Source: Gammaproteobacteria bacterium (GTDB lineage: Bacteria; Pseudomonadota; Gammaproteobacteria; CBDBNL01; JAAOII01). Taken from it: 64,000 bases of DNA. The position numbers were made by a program, and so were the translations under genes. Position 1 is the first letter of the stretch. Every line of letters starts with the position of its first letter. Positions 37,287-49,600 of this stretch are shown here, piece after piece. The stretch is from positions 1 through 64,000 of the forward strand of contig CBDBPY010000001.1 of assembly GCA_965209035.1 (NCBI GenBank), given 5' to 3'. Under the pieces are notes generated by a model. The model searched no databases. It was not told the origin of the DNA and was given only the letters and a program-made list of their open reading frames with translations.

Positions 37287-40153
37287 TCTTCCCTTGTATC
37301 CTCGTCTTCCAACTGCTTCGAAACCCAAATCCTCGCCGCGTGAAACAACTTATCACCCTCACGACCCCTTAACGGCTTCGTCCCGCTTTGCGCCGTCGCC
37401 CGCGCCAATCCCGAAAGCATATTCTCCAATCCCTTCAACTTGCGCTTATTCGATGCCCTTTCCACAAAATTAGTCCCCGCCATTACGGTAGGCCAAAGCC
37501 CGCCCGTTCTCCTCGCCGCCATCGCATACATCCTCGCCGACATACTCGCCACCGATTGCCCCGTCTGATTCGATATCCCATTCATCAAACGACCCACCAC
37601 CTCCTGCGGCGACATACCCCCTAAATCCACCTTCGCCGCCTGCTTCGGAAACGACTTAACCGCCTTCCACGCCAACGCAACATCGTCCAAACGCTTCATC
37701 ATCTCCACCCCCTCTTTGTCCGTCTCTATCAACTTCCGACAATTGCTGTTCCCCACGCAATCCACGAAATTTTTCATCGAAAATTGTCCGTTCTTCCCAT
37801 AAAACATCTCCCTCGCACCCGCCGACCGCAACCACTCATTGCCCCCCTTTGTCCGCGACACCTCCTTTACAAACGAATCCACCTCAACCCCGTTACGACC
37901 TTTCAATTCCCTCAAAAACGAACTAAATCCATCGCCCGAAAAACGCTTTCCCAAAACACTCGCCGCCAACCGATCGTCTATCTTTGACAATAAACCATCC
38001 GGCAAACGATGACTTGTCTCCGAAGTGTTATCCAAAAATCTCCTCGCCTTCGCCAGCAACCTGTCCGCCGGCACTTTCTCACCCTGCGCCGTCAATCTCT
38101 GCAAAAATACATCCGCCACCACATCGTCAAGTTTCTCCAAATCCGCCCTCGTCGTTTTTGTCTTCCCGCTTTTTATCAACCCCCGCAACGCGTTATAACG
38201 ATCCACTTTAACCGACTCCGTCCTCGCCCCGAAAAGTTTATCCGCAATATCCCCCACCGACAACTGCCTATTTTTTCCGCCCCGCGTCGTCTCCAAAACA
38301 ATGTCCCTCCTATTCGCATACCCTCTCCAACTTTTATTCAAACGACCAAACGCCTGCACCGCCGCTTCTCCACCCTCTTGCTTCATCAACGCATCGTCAA
38401 TCCGACCCTGTATCGCCCTAATCCCCGTGTCGATATCATTCCTCGCCGCCACATCCGTTCTCGCCGTCCGTATTCTCGCCGCCTTCAACGCCCGAACCGC
38501 TTGCGTCGCCTCGCGTAAAGTCAACTCCCCATCATCCACCCCGTCCAAAATCGCCGCAATCCTTTTTGTCTCCTTCGGCAATAAACGAACCCTGTTATTC
38601 GGCGATAACCAATACTCACCCACGCCGTCGCCCGCCTTCATCGCCTCTTTCGCCAACGAACCCAACTTCGTCGCCGTCTCCGCACCCCCCGCTTTCACCT
38701 CACGATTCAATATGTCCTTTATCCCATCGACCGCCGTGTCCCCCCAACGATCCTCCAATCCCGATAACCTATCCGACCACCTCTGCGAAAACGCCGACCT
38801 CGCCGCATTCGACGAATCAACAACCGCCTCTTTCAATTTCCCGCTCGCATCTTTCAATTCATAATTCGGCGGCGCAACAGGTTTAATATTATCCCGAACA
38901 TTTTCCGCCGCGCCGCGCGTCGCTTCTTTTGCCCGATTCACATCAGACGCAAAACCTCCCTCCTTCTTCGCCGCCTTACCCAAATCACTGAGCATTTCTT
39001 GACTCAACGACGATCTATTCTTCGCCGCCAAATTATCCTGCATCGAACCATTCTTAATCACTCTCCCCGCAAAAACACCCGGATTGCCAGTATGCCCAAC
39101 CGCATCCGCCAAACGAATACCCTCCTGACCCTCACGCGCGATTATCTCTCTACCACCTTCACCAATCGCGTCCTCCACCTTACCACCAAAACCGCCTCCC
39201 CTCGCATTCGATAACCGCTTGAGAAAGTAATTCAATCCCAACCCACCCGCAAGCGGAATCGCCGCCCCAAGCGCCGCCCGACCCTGCAAACTGGAATTAA
39301 ATTCATCCGCCGTTTGTCCGTTTCTCTCCCCCGTCGCCAATCCAATCGCGCCCGCACCCGCCGCCGTCGGATACGCCTTGTGATTCCAAATCGTATCCAT
39401 CGCTCCCTTAAATCCACCCCTCGCCTGCGGAAAAACTCCTCCTCCACCCGCACCCAACGCATTGCCTAACCTGCCCGGAATCATCGACGCCAACGGCGCG
39501 GCCATTTTCCCAACAATCTTCGCCCCCGCCCCAAAACTCGCCATATCACCAACAACTTGCGCCGCCGCAATCTTCCTTATCTGATCGTCCGAAAAGTTTT
39601 CCAGCGGTTGCCCACCCGTCGCCCTCATCATTCTCTCAAACGCCGCCTCGCCCGCACCCAAATTGTCATATTGACCCGGCTTACCCTCCGTCGGCCCGCC
39701 CCAAAATCCAACCGGCGTAGAAGTAGCCAAATCCGCATTGTCCTGACGAATCCCTCCACCCCCCGCGTGCGTCGCCACAAAACGACCCTTGCCCTCACGA
39801 CTCACCCATCGAATCATTCCCGTCTTTTCCGCCACCCGCAACTGATTCTTTAATTCATTCGCCCTCTCTTTTCTCGTCGCCCTCTTTTTTCCATTACCCG
39901 CATTCGCGTCCGCAACATCAAACGCCCGCTGGCGAATGCTCGCAAGCGTCGAATTCGTTATGCTTTCCTCGTCCTCCCCAAACGCCATATTCACCAAACC
40001 ACCGCCCATATTCGCGCCCAAAACCGTCGGGCCCAACAATAATCGACCCACGCCGCGCCGCACCATCTCCCCCGTCGCATCCGCATTCGACGCTCCCCCT
40101 CTCTCTTGCGGCGGTTGGAGGTTTTGCGGGCGATGATTTCCAGTGTTTTGCAT
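37283..40153 (-). CDS. DNA ejection (internal virion) protein
   Basis: 956 aa, Gly/Ala-rich hydrophobic N-terminal half and helical C-terminal half; podovirus ejection-module synteny. Confidence 0.6.
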   Translation of the reverse strand: MQNTGNHRPQNLQPPQERGGASNADATGEMVRRGVGRLLLGPTVLGANMGGGLVNMAFGEDEESITNSTLASIRQRAFDVADANAGNGKKRATRKERANELKNQLRVAEKTGMIRWVSREGKGRFVATHAGGGGIRQDNADLATSTPVGFWGGPTEGKPGQYDNLGAGEAAFERMMRATGGQPLENFSDDQIRKIAAAQVVGDMASFGAGAKIVGKMAAPLASMIPGRLGNALGAGGGGVFPQARGGFKGAMDTIWNHKAYPTAAGAGAIGLATGERNGQTADEFNSSLQGRAALGAAIPLAGGLGLNYFLKRLSNARGGGFGGKVEDAIGEGGREIIAREGQEGIRLADAVGHTGNPGVFAGRVIKNGSMQDNLAAKNRSSLSQEMLSDLGKAAKKEGGFASDVNRAKEATRGAAENVRDNIKPVAPPNYELKDASGKLKEAVVDSSNAARSAFSQRWSDRLSGLEDRWGDTAVDGIKDILNREVKAGGAETATKLGSLAKEAMKAGDGVGEYWLSPNNRVRLLPKETKRIAAILDGVDDGELTLREATQAVRALKAARIRTARTDVAARNDIDTGIRAIQGRIDDALMKQEGGEAAVQAFGRLNKSWRGYANRRDIVLETTRGGKNRQLSVGDIADKLFGARTESVKVDRYNALRGLIKSGKTKTTRADLEKLDDVVADVFLQRLTAQGEKVPADRLLAKARRFLDNTSETSHRLPDGLLSKIDDRLAASVLGKRFSGDGFSSFLRELKGRNGVEVDSFVKEVSRTKGGNEWLRSAGAREMFYGKNGQFSMKNFVDCVGNSNCRKLIETDKEGVEMMKRLDDVALAWKAVKSFPKQAAKVDLGGMSPQEVVGRLMNGISNQTGQSVASMSARMYAMAARRTGGLWPTVMAGTNFVERASNKRKLKGLENMLSGLARATAQSGTKPLRGREGDKLFHAARIWVSKQLEDEDTREE

Positions 40154-41781
40154 TACGCCGAAGTCCCTTCGTCATCTTCAAAATCAGGAGGCAAACCCAT
40201 CAAATCACCAACCGCGTCTTCAAGATTTCTTTCCGTCGCACCCCCCGTAATACTCCCCGCAGGCAAACTACCAGCAGGAACTAAATTACTACCCCCCAAA
40301 TTACGCGAAACATTACCCCCTTGCTGTAATCCCTCCACATCACCCGCCAAGTTAAGAAGTTGATTACGGCGAGACAACGCCCTGTCCGTGTAGTAAAACT
40401 TCCTGTGTTTTGTTATCGTCGAATTGTTTTCGTCCGTCTCCTCAATTCCTCTCCTCAACATATTGCGCGCCCGCTCCCCCGCCATATAGAAAATCGACAA
40501 CAAATCTGCCTGCTGTGTCGGGCCCAATTTTCCTAAAACCCATTCATTGATAACGGCATCATAACCTCTCTGAGCGATCCAACCATATCGCGTCAAAAGC
40601 GCGTCATAATATATCTTATGACCGCTTCCAAATCCACCATTACCGATCCTGTCCAATTGCGATATTACTTTCGAAATGCTCGCCTTGTTAAAATTTGTTC
40701 CTGTCTGTGGGATTCCCTCTTTTATCTCGGATTCGAAATAATCCCTTACGCGCTCCATTTTCGTTTTGTCGCCCGCCGGCTGAGACAATATCGATTTTAA
40801 TGCATCGATTCTTGGCCTCGTAAGCATTTGCCCCATAGCCGCCTCAATCTGATTCAATCCGTCCTCGGCCGCTTTCGTGTCATCTCGAATCTTCTCCGGA
40901 AAATCAAAACGATGAACCCTCGCAATTTGCGTTTTGCTTCCATCTGGATTTTTTTCTTCTTCGATCGTCGCGTATCCGTTCTCAATCGGGCCGTAATTCG
41001 CCGCTTGCTCCTCTGCTTTTTTCCCCGTAAAGACGCGATAAGGAGTCCTTGGCGAATCCGGCAACAAATGCGATATAGCGCCAGCCGTAGCCCCCTCTTG
41101 TTGGGCGGAAGGAGTATATCCCTGCGCCGCCGCATCTTCGCTGTAAGAACGCGCCAGCGCCCTCGCCGTATCTCCCCTCTCCCGATGATCGGAAGGAGAC
41201 GCTTCGCGGTTAAAAGGGTATTCAATGCCTCCTCCAAATCCGCCAATAGGAATAACCTGCCCCGTTCTTGGATCAAAAGCAATCGCGCTTTCTCCTCCAT
41301 CTTCGGGATTGTCAATCGTATTAAACTGAAACTTCGGCGAAGCGCCCAACGGCAATCCTTTAAGCGCGTCCAAAACTTCGGGATTCAAACCACCCTCCGG
41401 CAAGTGCGGCACATAACCCGCCACCGATGCAGGCAACCCATTCCCGTCGCCCTGTTGCGCCCTAAACGCCTTCAACGCCGCCTCTTGCCCCGCCCGCTCC
41501 TGTTCTCTCTGCTCCGCCGCAAGCGCGTCCGCCTCATTATGACGGCGCATATTATGCTCCGTTGTTTCCTGATTCAAACCAAAATTATCCCTTTGCAAAC
41601 CAAACGCTTCCTGCCTCAACCCAAAATCCCTCTCCGAACGCCTCTTTTGCGCTTCAACTTGCTCCCTTTGCAACGCAAATACCCTGTCCCTGTGCGCCCT
41701 CTCCTCCGCCCTATCACGACGAACCTGCGCAAGCGCGCGATCGTCTTCCAATGCGTTAAAAAATCCCGTCGCAAACGCCAT
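40153..41781 (-). CDS. DNA ejection (internal virion) protein
   Basis: MAFATGF, Q/R/E coiled N-terminus. Confidence 0.55.
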   Translation of the reverse strand: MAFATGFFNALEDDRALAQVRRDRAEERAHRDRVFALQREQVEAQKRRSERDFGLRQEAFGLQRDNFGLNQETTEHNMRRHNEADALAAEQREQERAGQEAALKAFRAQQGDGNGLPASVAGYVPHLPEGGLNPEVLDALKGLPLGASPKFQFNTIDNPEDGGESAIAFDPRTGQVIPIGGFGGGIEYPFNREASPSDHRERGDTARALARSYSEDAAAQGYTPSAQQEGATAGAISHLLPDSPRTPYRVFTGKKAEEQAANYGPIENGYATIEEEKNPDGSKTQIARVHRFDFPEKIRDDTKAAEDGLNQIEAAMGQMLTRPRIDALKSILSQPAGDKTKMERVRDYFESEIKEGIPQTGTNFNKASISKVISQLDRIGNGGFGSGHKIYYDALLTRYGWIAQRGYDAVINEWVLGKLGPTQQADLLSIFYMAGERARNMLRRGIEETDENNSTITKHRKFYYTDRALSRRNQLLNLAGDVEGLQQGGNVSRNLGGSNLVPAGSLPAGSITGGATERNLEDAVGDLMGLPPDFEDDEGTSA

Positions 41782-42692
41782 CAGCCGAAAACATCCTGAT
41801 AGTCCTGATCGGCGTTTGTCCCGCCACCGCCGCCAAAACCTCCAAAACCGCCGCCTCCGAGTCCTTGAAGAGCATTAAAACCCTGAAGACCAAACTTACC
41901 CAACTTAAACAAGTTGCCCCCTATCGCCCCTTGCCGCGCATTGTCCGCCTGATGCTTCTGCATCTGCATTTGATACAACTGCCCCAATATCCCCGCCGAC
42001 TGACCGTAATTCGACGATGCCGCATTACTCAACGGCAACCCCGACGCATAAATATCGGCTATCCCCATCGGAGTCCTCCTCGTCGATTCCGCTATCATCT
42101 CTTGGATCTGCGGAATCCTACCCGCCGCCTGATATTCCCTGTCCTGCAATCCCAACGACATCGGCAACAACATCCTCCGAATGTCCTCTCCACGATTCCT
42201 CTCCCTCGTCCAAGCGTCATTCACTATCCCACCCGAAGCCGAACCCAAACGGCCTATGTCGTCCTCCGATATCTCATCCGAACCCAAACCCCGCGCCGAA
42301 CGACCCGCACGAAACGCATTCAAAAAATTGCCAATCCCACTCCGCGCCGAATCTTGCGCCCTCAATCTCTCCTCATTCAAACGACCCGGCGAACCCGCCA
42401 AATGCGCCTCGTCCCCAACACGATTTATTATCGGCTCAAACCTCGACGCAAAACCCCTCGCCCTCTCCAAATGACTCCCCGCTTCACCCTTAAAATCCCG
42501 CAAATCCCTCGTCAAACCAAGCGATTCCGGCACATAACGATTCACCGCGTTTCTCGCCTGCGGCAAAAAATCTTGACTGAAAATACCCTTCCATTGATCA
42601 CCCAAACCCTCTATGTTTGTCGCCGACCTTTGAACACCGGGCGGCGGCGCTGGCGCTTTCTTTCCACCCAATAAATTCGACAAAAATCCCAT
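41781..42692 (-). CDS. DNA transfer/pilot protein (gp7-like)
   Basis: MGFLSNLLGGKKAPAPPP, Gly-rich C-terminus. Confidence 0.6.
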   Translation of the reverse strand: MGFLSNLLGGKKAPAPPPGVQRSATNIEGLGDQWKGIFSQDFLPQARNAVNRYVPESLGLTRDLRDFKGEAGSHLERARGFASRFEPIINRVGDEAHLAGSPGRLNEERLRAQDSARSGIGNFLNAFRAGRSARGLGSDEISEDDIGRLGSASGGIVNDAWTRERNRGEDIRRMLLPMSLGLQDREYQAAGRIPQIQEMIAESTRRTPMGIADIYASGLPLSNAASSNYGQSAGILGQLYQMQMQKHQADNARQGAIGGNLFKLGKFGLQGFNALQGLGGGGFGGFGGGGGTNADQDYQDVFG

Positions 42693-42786
42693 CCCTTACC
42701 TCATTCCCAAAAAAACCGCGCCCCCGTCGGCGCGCTTCCGAATCAAACCAAAGCAATCACTTGCCATCACTCCCATATTATCACAT

Positions 42787-43671
42787 TCAACCCCCTTTGT
42801 CATCTCCGTCATCCACAGAAGCCGACACAATCCTTTGCAAATTCGGCGACGCGCGACGCAAACAACAATCACCTCCAAGCGCACATCCACCCTCACCCTT
42901 CGCCGCCGACATACCCGCCAAATATGCCTCCCTCGCGTCCCCCGGTATAACCACCGGGGCGTTGTTTATGTAAATCATCACCGTCCCCAAATTAGCCGCC
43001 TTACTCAACGCTATAAACGCCCTCGTCTCGTCCGCTATCGAAGCGTCATCAACCTCACCCATCGCAATATCACCCTGACGCATAATCGATAACCTCAACA
43101 ACGACTCCGCCATCGTCCCAAAATCTTGCCGCCACTTCGCAAACTCAGGCAAACACAATATATGATGAATATGATTCTTGATTGTCCCCACCGCCAAATC
43201 CTTGTTCTCCGGCACCGCCTCGTAATACGCCTCAATCGGAGTCAACTCCGGATTCTCCGACATCACCCGACACATCGCATACGCCCTGTTGCTCCACATC
43301 GACTCACTGCACAAACGACGCTTCAAAAATTTCTGACCCTTCGAATTGTCCCTCTTGCTTAAACAATCAGTGCAAAGCGTCGCCGTCCCAAATTTCTGTG
43401 AAGGCGTTCTGCACTTGCTCTTAACCCCGCATTTTTCGCAAACGAAAAAACGAATCCCTTTACTCTGATTCCTGAAAGCCTTCGTCCCTTCATTCTCAAC
43501 CACCCCGCACTTCTTTTTCGCCAACTCATTCGCTCTCCTCATCACCTCCTTCTCGTCATTCGGATTTTTTTTGATCCCTGCGTCTATTTCTTTCAACTGC
43601 TCGCCACCCGGATTACCGGCCGGCTTCTTCGCCGCCCCTCTTCCTGTTGGCTTGGCGGGGGGTTTTGGCAT
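42787..43671 (-). CDS. Terminase small subunit-like protein with zinc ribbon
   Basis: TPIEAYYEA...TIKNHIHHILCLPEF resembles the TerS HTH; CEKC...CTDC. Confidence 0.4.
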   Translation of the reverse strand: MPKPPAKPTGRGAAKKPAGNPGGEQLKEIDAGIKKNPNDEKEVMRRANELAKKKCGVVENEGTKAFRNQSKGIRFFVCEKCGVKSKCRTPSQKFGTATLCTDCLSKRDNSKGQKFLKRRLCSESMWSNRAYAMCRVMSENPELTPIEAYYEAVPENKDLAVGTIKNHIHHILCLPEFAKWRQDFGTMAESLLRLSIMRQGDIAMGEVDDASIADETRAFIALSKAANLGTVMIYINNAPVVIPGDAREAYLAGMSAAKGEGGCALGGDCCLRRASPNLQRIVSASVDDGDDKGG

Positions 43672-46600
43672 TATTCTTCCCCGACCTGATTGCCCGCCGC
43701 CGACATTTGCTCGCCAGTGTCGGCGTTGATAATCAAAAGCGGATCTTCAAGCGCGAGCGAAGTATGGGCGCTTTCAATTCCGCTTTCCTCGTCGCTCTTT
43801 CCAATGTCTGGAAAAATAACAGCATCGTGGCCATTACCCAACGCTTCATTAATCAAAGAATCCTGCCGACCACGCCCGCCGCTCTGATATAGCGTTCCCG
43901 TGTCCTCCCAAAACAATTGCAACGCCGCGCGTTTTTTCTGCTCGTCCGTGCGCTCTCTTTCATCGTCGCTGTTGCCGTCGTCGTCATCGATCGCGCTATC
44001 GTCATCGATCCCGCTGTTCTCTCTCTCTTCCCTGTCGTAATCCGATTCATAATCGGAAACTTCGTCTCCGTATTCCGACAACGCCCACTCTTTCAGCCAC
44101 GGCGGCGGGTCTATCGGGCCAAAAGTTCCATCATCACGCACTCCCTCAAACAAATCTCCAATCACCAACGGATTTTTCGCCGCAATGCGAGCGCGAATCA
44201 AACGCTTGCCATACATCGTCTCCCCGCCCGGTGTCGATGAAAAATAAAAATGGCTGGCAGTTTTTGTTTTCCGAATATCAAAATCGGGAAACTCCTCGTT
44301 GGTGCGATGATTCCAAATCTCATTGGAAAGCGGCGCATATTTCAACCGCGGATCGAGATTGGGATTATATTTTCCGTTCTCATCGATCGCCTTTTTCGGC
44401 GGCGGAATCGAAAACACCAACCCCCCCGACACTCCTCCCATCTCCCTAATCTTTCTCGCGCGACCACCCGACAAATCCTCTATCTTCACATCACCCCTCA
44501 ATACCCGCGAAAATAAATCCGCCGCCTCGTCCGCCGACGACAATCCCTCCCTCCTCAACCAACCCGACAAACGACGCAAAAATCTCATTATCCTCGATAT
44601 TATCCCGTCCCCTCCCTTCCTATGCCAATCCTGTATCGCGTATCCAAACGCCTCCTCTTCCTCCAACCACGACCAATCGCTTACACCCGGATTCCTGCTC
44701 TTCGTCTCCTCCACGCTCCTTTTTATATCTGCACCGTATCGCTTCTTCCACTCCGGCATCATCTCCTCCACCCTCTCCCTATCACGACCCGACAAATGCT
44801 CGTAGAACACGTGCCCTATCTCGTGCGCCAGCGTCGACATCGCCTCCTCTTCACCCTCCGATGATTCCAAATCCAACGCTATCTTTATCACCCGCGCCGC
44901 CGGATCGAATGACCCACCTCCACGACCCCCATCGCTCTGTATCCGTAAATCCAATCCGAAAGAATCCCTCATCCCCGAACCCTCAAAAAATTCATTCAAA
45001 CGACCCGCGATACGCAACGACTCTCTCTTTTTCTTCGGATCAATCGCTTCCACCGCGTCCTTCCATCTCTCCACCCCGCCGTGCGCCGCATACACCTCCG
45101 CTTTCCCCGAATCGCTCATACTCCGAACCACATTCGGATACTCCGCCAAAATCACCTTTGCCGGCAAGCGCGCTTCAACACGCTCTCCCACCACAACCGA
45201 TCCGTCTCCGTCGGCCGTGGCGAAAAAAACAGGCGCGGCATCCGTAAATCGACGACGCTCCCGCGCGGTGTAATTGTCTCTGCTCGGAATCGAATACCGT
45301 TCATCCGACGGCCACTTTTTCCTAAACCAGCGATTCGCATATCTGATTTTCGCCATCTCCTCCTTTATCATTTTGACAGCATATTTTTCTGTCTTTTTCG
45401 CATCCGATTTCAACTCCCTAATCTCCGATTTCGAATAATCCTCTTCCTCTAATAATCGGTCGTATTCGTCCTCCAACATACTCCTCCATTCGCTCGCATA
45501 TTCAAGCAACTCTTGGAATTTGTCTCGAAGTTTGGCTGTGATTTTGTTAATCTGATCTTCATCTGGAACGATTTCGGGATATCCACCCGCGCCGTCGTAT
45601 TCCAAAAGTTTTGTATCAGCGAGATTATGGAAATAATCTCTTGGAAAAATACCCCGAACTTGCGATCTCCAACCATTCTCGATCCAAATTTTCCTTATAT
45701 TTATCACCCCATCCTCCAACTCTCCCAATTTTTTCGCGCCCTCATCTGTTACTTCCCAAAACGGCTTATCCCCGATTACCCCTCGCGGAATCGAAAACCT
45801 CTCAACACCACCCGAACCCAACAGCCGAACCAATCCCGACTTCATCTCCAAAATCCTCATCACCGAACCGCGCGACTTCGAACGACCCCACACCTTACGA
45901 CCATTCCTCATCAACTCCCAACCATCTCCCAAAAACGACAAATCCGATTCCACCGCCGTCGCCCCCGGATCAATCTTGTAATAACGCGACGCGCCCGAAC
46001 CCACCGACGATATCCTCATCGTCTCAAATATCGCCGTCTCTCCGTTATCCACACCCTTCATCAACTCCTCCGCGCTCATCGACAAACCCGTATCCTTACC
46101 AGACATCATCTCCCTCGCCGCCGACTCCATCTTGCCGCGCAACCACACTCCCACAAACGTCTCCCCTCCCCTCGTTGTAAATTGCCTCAATCGCAACGAC
46201 GAATCCGATCCCGACACCCCCGGCGTTTTCTTTTTCAATCTCTTCCACTGCCGCAATGTGTCGCCACCAAACGGAATCACCAACTTGCGCGAAACCGCAA
46301 ACGACTTCGACTCCATCCTCTCCGACCACGCCTCCTTAAATATCTTGTCCCCCGACTTGTATTCGCCCGCCCTCATCGGTAAATTCTTGCCCCCGTCCTT
46401 CCCTTTTTTCAATCTCTCAATCTCACCCTCCGAATACTCACGAAACGACTCCCTCCCATCAGGCGACACTATCCTCACCGCGTCCACCACCGTGTTATCC
46501 ACTCCGGCCATCTGCGGCCGGCGATAATATCCCGTCACATCTCTCTCCCACACCACCACCGCCACCGGATTTCCCAATCGATTCACAGCGAAAAAATACG

Positions 46601-49600
46601 ACTCCTCCGACTTGTTCCCGCCAATCGAATCGCCGCTTATCCGACTCATTATATCCTCCATCGATATCGTCGCGCGACGGCTTTTCATCACCACCTCCCG
46701 AAATTCAAAATCATCCACCGACACCGATTCCCCCGCTTCAATCATATCCGCCGACTCTTTCACTATCCCCTCCGAATAACGCCCTATCCTCTTATCCATT
46801 TCAATCAATCTTTCTCGCTCCCGCAATACCGTCCCCACAAAATCCGTCCGATTAAACGCCGTCGCCAACCGATTCAACTCATCAGACCCCCTATCCCTCG
46901 TCATCTCCAATCTCTCTTTCAACCACACCAAACGACGATAATCGTATATCGCCGTCTCGTCTTTCTCGTTCCGATTCTTTTTCGACTCCGCCCTGTCGCT
47001 TTTCTTTTTCAATTCCTTCTCTTCATCCATCAACGACAACTCCTTTTCCCATCCCCGCACCATCGGCGAACTCTTCGATATCGGCAAAAACTTCACCCGA
47101 TTCATCACCTTGTCAAACGCCGGATATGTCTCCTTATCCACCCCGAAATCATAGCCCAAATAATAAAAAATTCCACGATTCGACATCAACACATTCTTAA
47201 CCGCCTCGTTCCCATATTTGTCAAACATATCAAAACCCGACAAAAAATCCATTCCCTCCGTGTATCCCTTACCGCTCGCGCGAGTCACTCCTCCCATCTC
47301 TCTCAACTTCGACAACATCGCACCCATAAATCTCGCCTCCGTCGGATCATTCGAAACATAAGGAATCACCCGATGCGGCTTCGTAGATTGCCTTACACGA
47401 TTGCTCCGACCCAACCCCTGCGTCGCCGCCACCACCTGCCAACCGAAATCAATCGGAATGTGCGCCACCTTGCGACTCCTCACCGGCGAATCAGCGGCCT
47501 CACCCGGCAACCCCTCTCCAAATATCGTCTCCCTCGGATCGTCCCCAAGATTCAAACCCGTCGCGCCGGCGCGCGAAATTATCAAAACCTTCTTCGTGTT
47601 TATCGAATCCTCCCCCTTCGCGTTCTTACCCCAACCCCTTCTCCACAACGACATATCCTCCTTATTCGCCTTGCCTGAACGCTTCGCCACACCGCCCAAC
47701 AACTTACCATTCGCGTCAAACCTCAACATCGCCGAACGACCCGTCACCTCGCCCACCATATCACCCAAATTGCCCCGAATAATGTCTAACGGCGGCAACG
47801 GAATCCCTATCCTCTTTATCAACGACAACGCCTCCTCCCTTTCCTCGTATAGTTTCGGATCTACAAGCGACACCAAAAATGTCTTCGCGTTGATAAAATG
47901 AACGAGAGGATCAAAATCAAGCGTTCCCGCCGAACGCTTCCTTTCCTTTATCTCTCCCTTATTGTCCTTTATCGCCGGAAAAAATAACCTCACCTTCCCC
48001 GAATCCGTCAATACCTTCTCCGCCTCCACTTGCCTATAACCCCTGCCCTTTTCCGACACCGTGTAAAACTTCGTCTCCAACGACACCGATCCGTCCTTGC
48101 CAGCCACCGCGTGCTTCTTCTCAATCGGAAAAATCGCCCTCACCACATTTTCAAACGCTATCGTCGGGTTGTGATCGAACACTTCCGATATGTCGTCCCC
48201 CTCCGACAACGCCCGCAACATCGACTTCTTCAAATCCGCCTCTCCCGTCGAATCACCCTGCAAAATCACACGCATACCCTTTTTCAACATCTCCCTCACC
48301 AACCCCCCCGACTTCGGCGCAATGTGCGGCAACTTCGATTCAATCTCCAACGCCTTCTGTATCCGCGTAAATAACCCGAAAATCGCCGACCGACGAACAC
48401 CTCGATTTGCGTCCGCCTTTCTCATCTTTTCCTTTTCAATCCCCGCCGCCCACAATTGACTCTCGCTCGCTTCCTCCACCGCCCAAAATATATCCAACAT
48501 CAACTCCCCCGCCCTCTCACTCTTCAATTGCATTCTATCGTCCAATTCTATCGGATACGCCTCGTTCTCAATCCCAAACTCGCTCTGTTGCAACGACGAA
48601 AATACACCCCTCTCTTTCGCTCCCAACGCTATCCCTTCCCCTATCCCTTGCCGCGAACCCTCGTCCGATGAAACCTCACGCATTATCTCGTCCGCCGTCT
48701 CAAATGGATACTCATCACCCACCCCAAACAAGCCAAGACGCGATAAATGACCCAACGAATTCACATTCTTAATCGCCGTCCCCGATAAATATAAAACCCG
48801 CGCCCGCGGATGCCTCATCAAAAATCTCTCCATCAACTTCGCCCGCGCCGAACCCTTCAACTTCCTACCCTCTTCTTTCTCCTCTCCCAAATTACTCACC
48901 AAATGCGACTCGTCCAGCACGATTACCCCATCATAATCATTTCCCATCATCCGATTCAATTGCTCGTATCTCGCGCTCGTCTTGAACGCCGACCCCCTCG
49001 CACCCACCGAAAACGCCTCGTAAGTCAATGCGTAAAAACCATTCTCCACCACCCCCAAATCAGCGTCCGCTTTCTTGTCCCCAACCCTGATATACGACTC
49101 CCCGCTTATCGCTCCCACCGCGCTCAAATCGTCCGCCGCTTGATCTATAACCTCACGCGGCGCAAACATCACCGCCCTCTTTTGTTTCGACACTCTCATA
49201 ACCTCCCTCGCCACCAAACCCGCCAACCTCGTCTTTCCCAAACCCACACCCCAACCCGCCAAATAACCGCCGCGAACCTCAACGCTATCACCGTCCGGCA
49301 TTCCCTCCTCTCCCTTAAATTCATTCCTCAACTTCACCAATCTATCAAACGCGTCCAGCGCCTGCAATCCAATCGCCGCCTGATAATCATAAACCTGCGA
49401 TAAATCACCCCCTATCCTCGACGATTCCGCAACCAACGGCGGCATTACTCCCGCCATATTCATCGTCTCAACTATATCCGCATTCTTCGGCTTTTCCGTC
49501 GCGCCGGATATCTGATCCAACGACACTATGCTCGTCGGATCGAAACTCACAAACGAACCCTCACCCGATAAATCCCTCTGCACCCTCCTCGCCTTTGCCA

